Positions 8,171 through 14,407 of a DNA stretch of 14,407 nucleotides are shown one piece after another. The notes under the pieces are model-generated. The model made no database searches, was not told where the DNA came from, and saw nothing but the letters and a program-made list of their open reading frames with translations. The translations under genes were made by a program, and so were the position numbers. The stretch's first letter is position 1; every line of letters starts with the position of its first letter. The DNA lies in NCBI GenBank assembly GCA_050178385.1, contig JBFXGD010000083.1, positions 1 to 14,407 of the forward strand, read 5' to 3'. The stretch is from Calditrichaceae bacterium. Lineage in GTDB: Bacteria; Calditrichota; Calditrichia; Calditrichales; JBFXGD01.

Positions 8171-9004
8171 ATGAAAAGGGTTCTGATAGCGGGATCGAAA
8201 GATTTAGGAACCGCGTGCGCGGTGAGGCTTTTCCGCAGCGGTATGCGTGTTACTATTGTAACTTCTGACCGACCGCTTGATATTCATTATCTCCGAACAT
8301 TCAGCGGAGCAGTTCATAGCGGATCGAGGACCATCGACGGCACAAAGGGAATCACCATTTCCGGAGCGATAGAAAGCGGTGAGTTGGAACCCGATATTTC
8401 TGTAAAATCATTTGTGGATTATCAGCATGCCGACAGAAAAATTGCGATTTTAACCGCTGCGGATATTTCATCGGTAGATGCAATTCAGTCTGATTATTTT
8501 GTCATCACTGATGAAGATGTCTTCCAAAATATCCGGTCCATGATCAGGGATGAGGCAAAATTAATCGGATTTTCAGGAAATACGGGCGAATATAAACCCA
8601 ATTATTTGATCGGGGTAAAACCGCCACATACAGGAAAGGTTCTCTATCCGTTCATTGATGATGTATCGGCGGAAGATGATAAGCCCGTCGATATCCGGTT
8701 AAATAAGAATCAGGTCAAAGCTCCGCTCGAAGGTGTGTTTACGGCATCAAAACAATGCGGCGATCATGTTTTTGAAAAAGATGAAGTTGGAAGAATCGGT
8801 GAAATCCCCATTCTATCTCCGGAGCCCGGGCATATTACAGGTTTATTAAACAGCGGAATCATAGTAAAAGCCGGCGAGGTTTTTGCTGAAATCTCACATG
8901 CTGTGAACAAGAACGCTCACATGCAGATACCGGATTATAATTTCAGTCTAGCGGGAGGAGTGCTGGAAGCAGTTATGTACGATCAATCTTTAAACAGGGA
9001 GTAA
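8171..9004 (+). CDS. yqeB: Divergent YqeB / EF2563-family selenium-dependent molybdenum hydroxylase system protein
   Basis: N-terminus '[21 protein letters not shown]' resembles the YqeB pattern 'VLIRGGGDLASGVA.RL..aG'; C-terminal lipoyl-like 'VKAPLEGVF....QCGDHV...P..G.ITGLL..G..VKAG' and terminal 'LAGGVLEAV'. Central motifs are degenerate. Confidence 0.7.
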   Translation: MKRVLIAGSKDLGTACAVRLFRSGMRVTIVTSDRPLDIHYLRTFSGAVHSGSRTIDGTKGITISGAIESGELEPDISVKSFVDYQHADRKIAILTAADISSVDAIQSDYFVITDEDVFQNIRSMIRDEAKLIGFSGNTGEYKPNYLIGVKPPHTGKVLYPFIDDVSAEDDKPVDIRLNKNQVKAPLEGVFTASKQCGDHVFEKDEVGRIGEIPILSPEPGHITGLLNSGIIVKAGEVFAEISHAVNKNAHMQIPDYNFSLAGGVLEAVMYDQSLNRE

Positions 9005-9005
9005 T

Positions 9006-10526
9006 ATGGCTGATCAGCTTCTCGAGTTTTTCAGACAGCTAAGCGATCTTGTCTGGGGGGTACCTCTTCTGGTGTTGCTGGTTGGAACCGGGATTTATTT
9101 ATCAGCCAGATTACGGGCGATTCAGCTCACTAAACTCGCGCACTCATTGTACCTCGGTCTCATAAAGAGAAAAGAAGAAGGTGATCAGCCAGGAGACATC
9201 AGCCATTTTCAGGCTTTGATGACCGCGCTATCAGCAACGGTGGGAACGGGAAATATAGCGGGTGTCGCCACAGCGATTGCGACCGGCGGCCCGGGAGCCC
9301 TTTTCTGGATGTGGGTCACAGGCTTATTTGGAATGGCGACCAAGTATAGTGAGGCGGTACTGGCGGTTCATTACCGGGAAGTGGATGAAAACGGCGCCAT
9401 GAGCGGCGGCCCGATGTATTATATTCACAAGGGCCTGGGAATGCGCTGGCTTGGGTTGCTATTTGCCGTTTTTGCCGCCATCGCGGCATTCGGTATCGGA
9501 AATATGGTTCAATCCAATTCAGTCGCTCAGGCCTTGAATCATTCATTTAATATTCCCAATACATGGACGGGAATTATATTAATGGTATCAACGTCGGTTG
9601 TCATTGTCGGCGGAATCAAAAGTATCGGACGCGTGACCGGTATTTTGGTGCCCTTTATGATTGTCTTCTATTTTATCAGCGCTTCGGTGATCCTGTTGAT
9701 TCACTTTGAAACTATTCCCGCAATCTTTTTACAGGTGATCGAAGGGGCCTTTAGCGGGACGGCAGCCGCCGGAGGATTTCTCGGCGCTTCGGTAATGATG
9801 ACCGTAAAAATGGGTGTCGCAAGAGGGGTGTTCTCAAATGAATCCGGTTTAGGGAGTTCACCGATCGCGGCGGCCGCGGCCATAACCAAACATCCTGTTT
9901 CACAGGCGCTTGTCTCAATGACACAGACATTTATTGATACCATTATAATTTGCACTCTGACGGGATTTGCCATAATCGCCTCGGGGCTATGGCAGAGTGA
10001 TCCTCTGTTGACGGGCGCGGAACTGACATCAGCGGCTTTCTCGCAGGGATTGCCCGGAAATACGGGGGGAACGGTTGTTTCCGTAGGATTGGTTTTGTTT
10101 GCTTACTCCACGATCCTAGGATGGAGCTATTACGGCGAAAAGGCTTTGGAATTTATTGTCGCGACGGGCGAAAAGACAAAGAAAGTGGTCATGTATCTGT
10201 TAATAATTATTCTGGCACTACCGCTCTGGATTGTTTTACAGACAGGTACCGGCGCGCTGTATATGAGCTTATTTATTTTACTGATGTACGCGTTCGTATT
10301 TATGAAAATCAGAAAAAGACTAACGACGCCAGATCTGAATACCATCAATATTCTGTATCGGGGAACGTTCAGCGTTTATGTTCTGGTTGGAACAATCGCT
10401 GAACTTGATCTGGTATGGACAATGGCGGATGTCTTTAACGGACTGATGGCTGTTCCAAATTTAATAGGACTGCTGGGTCTCTCGGGAATTGTGGTAAAAA
10501 TCACCAACGATTATTTCAAAAACTGA
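9006..10526 (+). CDS. Sodium:alanine/glycine symporter (AGCS family, AlsT/AgcS-like)
   Basis: 506 aa; '[37 protein letters not shown]', 'GGPMYY', '[12 protein letters not shown]', 'FIDT', 'WSYYGE', '[12 protein letters not shown]'. Starts 1 bp after the yqeB-like stop. Confidence 0.96.
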   Translation: MADQLLEFFRQLSDLVWGVPLLVLLVGTGIYLSARLRAIQLTKLAHSLYLGLIKRKEEGDQPGDISHFQALMTALSATVGTGNIAGVATAIATGGPGALFWMWVTGLFGMATKYSEAVLAVHYREVDENGAMSGGPMYYIHKGLGMRWLGLLFAVFAAIAAFGIGNMVQSNSVAQALNHSFNIPNTWTGIILMVSTSVVIVGGIKSIGRVTGILVPFMIVFYFISASVILLIHFETIPAIFLQVIEGAFSGTAAAGGFLGASVMMTVKMGVARGVFSNESGLGSSPIAAAAAITKHPVSQALVSMTQTFIDTIIICTLTGFAIIASGLWQSDPLLTGAELTSAAFSQGLPGNTGGTVVSVGLVLFAYSTILGWSYYGEKALEFIVATGEKTKKVVMYLLIIILALPLWIVLQTGTGALYMSLFILLMYAFVFMKIRKRLTTPDLNTINILYRGTFSVYVLVGTIAELDLVWTMADVFNGLMAVPNLIGLLGLSGIVVKITNDYFKN

Positions 10527-10597
10527 CTTAAAAAGCAGTGAAAATTGCCTGCGAATTACAGGATGAAAAGTTTCTGATTAAAAATCCGGTGATTAGG

Positions 10598-10626
10598 TTG
10601 ACAGATATTGATTATATCCTTATATT
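10598..10626 (+). promoter_or_regulatory. sigma70-type promoter of tRNA-Lys(TTT)
   Basis: TTGACA (10598-10603), 17 bp, TATATT (10621-10626). Confidence 0.85.
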
Positions 10627-10654
10627 AGCGACTCTATTTTGATAAAAACAATGA

Positions 10655-10727
10655 GAGCCAGTAGCTCAGCTGGTAGAGCAGCGGCCTTTTAAGCCGTTGG
10701 TCCGGGGTTCGAATCCCCGCTGGCTCA
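10655..10727 (+). tRNA. trnK: tRNA-Lys (anticodon TTT)
   Basis: Acceptor GAGCCAG/CTGGCTC with discriminator A; D arm GCTC/GAGC; anticodon arm GCGGC-CT TTT AA-GCCGT; T arm CGGGG-TTCGAAT-CCCCG. CCA not encoded. Confidence 0.97.
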
Positions 10728-10736
10728 CATCAAATT

Positions 10737-10771
10737 AAGCCTGATTCTTTTTCATGGATCAGGCTTTTTTT
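10737..10771 (+). terminator. Rho-independent terminator after tRNA-Lys(TTT)
   Basis: AAGCCTGATTC, 8-nt loop, GGATCAGGCTT, running into a T7 tract. Confidence 0.85.
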
Positions 10772-10924
10772 ATTGCTAAAAATATCCTGTCAGATTTGAA
10801 TTAATCATACCTGCAAATTGGATATATGATGCCGGCAGGTCATCTGAAATATTCCCGGATCACTAAAGACAAGAGATGCTGAAATCATAGATTCGATAGC
10901 TTTGGTTTTATATTTTGCGGCATA

Positions 10925-13900
10925 TCAGCCGTTATCCTGATGGTTGTCGAGGACAGAGCGTATTTTGCGCACCAGGGCCAGGGGAGTGAAGGGCTTTTGT
11001 ATAAATTCAGTGCCGGGGTTAAGTTTACCCTGATGCACGATGGCGTCATCGGTATAACCGGACATGTATAATATCCGGGTATCCGGACGGATGGGATGCA
11101 AGTTTTCGACCAGTTCCCGACCATTCATTTTTGGCATGACCACATCGGTGAGCAACAGGTCAATATGCTGTTTGTACCGTTTTCCGACCAGGAGCGCCTG
11201 ATCTCCGTCGGGTGATTCGAGTACTCTGTAGCCTCTTTCCCTCAAGGTCTCACAGATTACCTGACGGACCCTCTCTTCATCCTCAACGACCAAAATAGTT
11301 TCGGAACCATTTAAGTTGTTTTCAGATATTTTGCCATTTTCTGATGTGTTACTGACCATCTCATCTGCCTTAAGGAAGTAAACACGGAATGTGGTACCTT
11401 CGCCGGCCTGGCTATCCACAAGAATATGACCTTCACTTTGTCGTATGATGCCGTAAACAGTCGCCAATCCTAGGCCGGTATGTTTTGCTTTCCCTTTTGT
11501 CGTAAAAAATGGTTCAAAAATATGCGGCTGAATATCCTTGTCAATGCCGTGTCCTGAGTCGCTGATCTGCATTGAAACATAGTTGCCGGTCTTAAATCCC
11601 GGATAATGGTAAAGATTATTTATGTCAACAGACAGTAGTTTTGTCTCGATTATTAATTTGCCACCGTCCGGCATGGCATCTCTGGCGTTCAGGACAAGGT
11701 TCATGATCACCTGTTCGATTTGTCCCGGATCGGATTTTATATTCAGCAACCCGTGACTCAGATTTGTGCTTACCTCGATATTTTCCGGAATTAAACGCGT
11801 AAGAATGTTCTTGGTTTTAATAATCATTTCGTTCAGGTCAAGTATCTTTGGCTGGAGAATTTGCTTTCTGCTGAGGGCAAGGAGCTGCTGCGTAAGTGAT
11901 TCCGCTCTGCGCGCCGCGTCGTCAATCTGTGTGATACTTTTTATTAGGGAGTCATTGTCTTTTACTTTTATCTGTAATAGTTCACAGTAGCCCCGGATAA
12001 TCGTTAATAAGTTGTTAAAATCATGCGCGACCCCGCCGGCGAGCTGCCCGATTGCCTCCATTTTTTGAGATTGCTGTAACTGGTTCTCGAGACGTTTTCG
12101 TTCAGTGATGTTTCTCGCGACACCGATCAGGGCGATTGGTTTTCCGCGTTCATTTCTGATAGCCGATGTGGAGAGAAAAACAGGTATTTTTGATCCGTCT
12201 TTTCTGATGTTGATGATTTCGCCCTGCCAGCCCCCCATCAATGTGTCAGGCAGAATTTTGCGGGCCTCAGCGAGCGAATCTTCGGGAGAGCGTATTATTG
12301 TGATCGGCTTTCCGATCAATTCTTCCTGCCGGTATCCGTAGGTTTTCAGAAACGCGTCATTGATAAATAATATATTATCTTCCTTATCGGTAATACTCAC
12401 ACATTCGCTGATACTTTTAATCGCGTGAGCGAGCATACTCATCTCGTTCTCAACTTTCTTCCGGTCTGTAATATCTCTCCCCATACCGATGATTCCGGTG
12501 ACGTCGCCTTTTTTATCCAGTATGGCGCTGTCAACCCAGCCAATCCATCTCCAGCCGTCTTTTGTCATCGCCCGTTGTTCAACATAAATCGTATGAGGCG
12601 GTTTATATAGTTGTTCCATTGCCTTAAGAGTGCTTTCCTGGTCATCCTCATGTACAAGGGGCATAAATTTCTTCCCAAGCAGCTCTTCCTCGGTTTTTCC
12701 AAAAACTTTGCAATATGACGGGCTCACAAATAAAAACTGACCATTTTTATCAACCTTAACAACGAGATCGGATTGGTTTTCAACAAGTAACCTGTATTTT
12801 TCCTCACTTTCCTGAAGCGCTTTTTCTGCCCGTATCCTTTCGGAAAGCTCCTTTCTAAGTTGTTCAGTTTTTACAGTCACTCGCTTTTTTAAAAGCCAAA
12901 ACCAGTAAAATACAATAAGAATGATTGCCAAAACCGGCGTGATGATATACACCGAATATTTCATAAGCTGTTGAAAAAATGTCTCCCGTTCATATACGCC
13001 AAACCACTTCTGGTAAATCTTGTCATATCTACCCGTTGCTTTCAGGATACTCAACCCTTCATTTAATTGAGCGAGAAGAACCAGATTGCCATCATGTACC
13101 GCAAAACAATAATTTACCGGATTGACCGGAGGCCCCACAGGTTCGATGTTTGTCAGCTTATAGCGGTGTATGAGGTATTGACCGGCAAGTGTGGCAAGAA
13201 GGGCGGCGTCATGTTGTCCTGATGCCAGCAGACGAAGCGCGTCTATCTGGTCATTGACAGTGATTAATTTCCCGGAAATATTATGCTTGACCGCAAACTC
13301 ATGCATCACATCGCCATTCTGGACGATCACTTCTTTGTCCTTTAAATCGGATAGCCGATTAACAGGAGAATCCTTCCGCACAAAAATTGTGTGGGATACA
13401 ATAATATGAGGCGTGGTGAAGTCAATTACTGAATCCCGGTCTTCGGTGAAATACATACCGGTGATCATATCAATCTTTCCGGCTTCAAGTTCTGATTTAA
13501 CATCATTCCAGGGACCGAGTGTCAATTTCAAATCAAAGCCCATCACATCTGCCACGGCTCTAATCAGATCGATATTAAATCCTTCAGGCTGATTTTTATC
13601 ATTCAGATATTCATACGGCGGGTAGTTATGATCCCCTTTAGCGGTTATGGTCATGTTTTTCTGCGCCGGGGCGGGTGAAAAGCTCAGTAGTGTAAAGGCC
13701 AGGATCAGAAAAATGCGTTTCCATGGTTCGGCAGCCAAATAACCGGCTTTAATAAGCGGAACAGAAAAGTTTTTCAAAAAAGGTTTTGCGAAATTGCATT
13801 TCAGGACATGTTTTTTGGTCATGATCAGGTCTTTATAATCAGTTAAAATAAAATCATCCTGATAAAGATTAAATCCTAAACATAAAGTTAATAAATTCAT
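10925..13900 (-). CDS. Hybrid sensor histidine kinase/response regulator (periplasmic SBP family 3 domain, TM, two PAS, HisKA, HATPase_c, C-terminal REC)
   Basis: 'GDHNYPPYEY....PEGFNIDL' (SBP_bac_3); TM 'YSVYIITPVLAIILIVFYWFWLL'; two PAS ending 'RDITDRK'/'RNITERK'; H-box 'GQLAGGVAHDFNNLL'; N-box 'NLVLNARDAM'; 'IFEPFFTTK'; REC 'LVVEDE..LLTDVVMPKMNG..MSGY..KPF'. True start may be the ATG at 13822. Confidence 0.93.
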   Translation of the reverse strand: MNLLTLCLGFNLYQDDFILTDYKDLIMTKKHVLKCNFAKPFLKNFSVPLIKAGYLAAEPWKRIFLILAFTLLSFSPAPAQKNMTITAKGDHNYPPYEYLNDKNQPEGFNIDLIRAVADVMGFDLKLTLGPWNDVKSELEAGKIDMITGMYFTEDRDSVIDFTTPHIIVSHTIFVRKDSPVNRLSDLKDKEVIVQNGDVMHEFAVKHNISGKLITVNDQIDALRLLASGQHDAALLATLAGQYLIHRYKLTNIEPVGPPVNPVNYCFAVHDGNLVLLAQLNEGLSILKATGRYDKIYQKWFGVYERETFFQQLMKYSVYIITPVLAIILIVFYWFWLLKKRVTVKTEQLRKELSERIRAEKALQESEEKYRLLVENQSDLVVKVDKNGQFLFVSPSYCKVFGKTEEELLGKKFMPLVHEDDQESTLKAMEQLYKPPHTIYVEQRAMTKDGWRWIGWVDSAILDKKGDVTGIIGMGRDITDRKKVENEMSMLAHAIKSISECVSITDKEDNILFINDAFLKTYGYRQEELIGKPITIIRSPEDSLAEARKILPDTLMGGWQGEIINIRKDGSKIPVFLSTSAIRNERGKPIALIGVARNITERKRLENQLQQSQKMEAIGQLAGGVAHDFNNLLTIIRGYCELLQIKVKDNDSLIKSITQIDDAARRAESLTQQLLALSRKQILQPKILDLNEMIIKTKNILTRLIPENIEVSTNLSHGLLNIKSDPGQIEQVIMNLVLNARDAMPDGGKLIIETKLLSVDINNLYHYPGFKTGNYVSMQISDSGHGIDKDIQPHIFEPFFTTKGKAKHTGLGLATVYGIIRQSEGHILVDSQAGEGTTFRVYFLKADEMVSNTSENGKISENNLNGSETILVVEDEERVRQVICETLRERGYRVLESPDGDQALLVGKRYKQHIDLLLTDVVMPKMNGRELVENLHPIRPDTRILYMSGYTDDAIVHQGKLNPGTEFIQKPFTPLALVRKIRSVLDNHQDNG

Positions 13901-14168
13901 ACGTATATTACCATTGTTTTATATGGGGCTCATGACAGCGATTCTTACCGCATCATACAGTACGATATAAGAAAAGAATTCCCGATACCGTCCAATCCGA
14001 ATATATTCAACATAAACAAATAAAAAAAGGATATGATTGTATGAATGAAAAATACAGCAACTGTCTGATTATTCGACATATTTAGAGGGAAAATAGCAGG
14101 ATTTTTAATGCTGCGAATCATGCCTAATTAACATAAAAACAACCGGATACGCAAAAGTACCAAAATTA

Positions 14169-14184
14169 TGGCACAGTTATTGTA
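14169..14184 (+). promoter_or_regulatory. Putative sigma54 (RpoN) -24/-12 promoter
   Basis: TGGCACAGTTATTGTA versus consensus TGGCAC-N5-TTGCW: exact -24 box and spacing, one mismatch (GT for GC) at -12. Confidence 0.6.
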
Positions 14185-14194
14185 TTATTATTAA

Positions 14195-14275
14195 GCAAAC
14201 AAGGATGTCACCCCCGAGAGAGTACGGAATAAATGGATTTTTGAAAGCCGGTCGAAAGACCGGCTTTTGTTTTTT
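14195..14275 (+). ncRNA. Candidate small RNA with CsrA/RsmA-binding GGA motifs
   Basis: Lies between a sigma54-like promoter and an otherwise orphan terminator; contains ACAAGGATGT (14199-14208), ACGGA (14224-14228), ATGGA (14233-14237); no sizeable ORF. 5' end inferred from promoter spacing. Confidence 0.55.
14244..14275 (+). terminator. Rho-independent terminator
   Basis: Perfect 10-bp stem AAAGCCGGTC-GAAA-GACCGGCTTT followed by TGTTTTTT. Confidence 0.9.
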
Positions 14276-14286
14276 AGGATGTAAAC

Positions 14287-14315
14287 TTGCATCGATAATT
14301 AAAGATCATTAAATT
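14287..14315 (+). promoter_or_regulatory. Putative sigma70-type promoter of tRNA-Lys(CTT)
   Basis: TTGCAT (14287-14292), 17 bp, TAAATT (14310-14315), ending 18 bp before the tRNA. Confidence 0.65.
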
Positions 14316-14333
14316 AGCGAACTTATTTTTAAC

Positions 14334-14406
14334 GCACCTGTAGCTCAAGTGGTAGAGCAGCTGACTCTTAATCAGTTGGTTCGGGGTTCGAGTCCCTGCA
14401 GGTGTA
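14334..14406 (+). tRNA. trnK: tRNA-Lys (anticodon CTT)
   Basis: Acceptor GCACCTG/CAGGTGT with discriminator A; D arm GCTC/GAGC; anticodon arm GCTGA-CT CTT AA-TCAGT; T arm CGGGG-TTCGAGT-CCCTG. Window ends 1 nt later, so CCA status is unknown. Confidence 0.96.
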
Positions 14407-14407
14407 C

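Noticed and set aside
8003..10526. Selenocysteine readthrough at TGA stops near the yqeB-like gene
   Set aside because: The TGA-ending PIN and symporter proteins are already full length, no SECIS-like hairpin was recognised after either stop, and the yqeB-like gene ends in TAA.
6926..13409. Short alternative-frame or antisense ORFs inside the eIF2B-like, PIN, symporter and kinase genes
   Set aside because: Fully overlap better-supported genes and show no domain signatures.
13924..14085. Tiny plus-strand ORFs (MGLMTAILTASYSTI, MNEKYSNCLIIRHI) as the transcript ending at the 14244 terminator
   Set aside because: Only 14-15 codons, ending more than 150 nt before the terminator, with no recognisable features.
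14027..14147. Four further GGA trinucleotides suggesting a longer CsrB-like RNA
   Set aside because: They lie upstream of the sigma54-like promoter and lack clear hairpin presentation; worth reconsidering only if the TSS maps further upstream.
10728..14333. Integrative island between the two tRNA-Lys genes
   Set aside because: No integrase or transposase and no duplicated tRNA 3' end; both tRNAs are complete, distinct isoacceptors.
1..14407. CRISPR array, rRNA or IS element
   Set aside because: No regularly spaced repeats, rRNA-like sequence or transposase ORF seen.

Overview
Chromosomal window from a moderately AT-rich bacterium; the lineage cannot be fixed from sequence alone. Left, minus strand: a tripartite efflux operon (TolC-family outer membrane factor, membrane-fusion lipoprotein, AcrB/SwrC-like RND pump). 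It is separated by a 476-bp intergenic region, which holds a block of hairpins, from a plus-strand cluster: cutA, an eIF2B/ribose-1,5-bisphosphate-isomerase-family gene, an AbrB-type antitoxin plus PIN (VapC-like) pair, a divergent yqeB-like gene and an AGCS Na+:alanine/glycine symporter. Right: tRNA-Lys(TTT) with a canonical sigma70 promoter and terminator, a minus-strand hybrid sensor kinase (SBP_bac_3, TM, 2 PAS, HisKA, HATPase, REC), and tRNA-Lys(CTT) at the window edge. The most notable unannotated element is a candidate ~80-nt small RNA (about 14195-14275), divergent from the kinase. It has a sigma54-like -24/-12 promoter, an upstream palindrome, three ANGGA motifs (one matching the CsrA/RsmA high-affinity core ACAAGGAUGU) and a strong intrinsic terminator, which suggests a CsrA-sponge RNA. 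The second notable signal is that three proteins of the central cluster appear to have lost family-defining residues. All protein calls are by eye from motif recognition; no database search was run.
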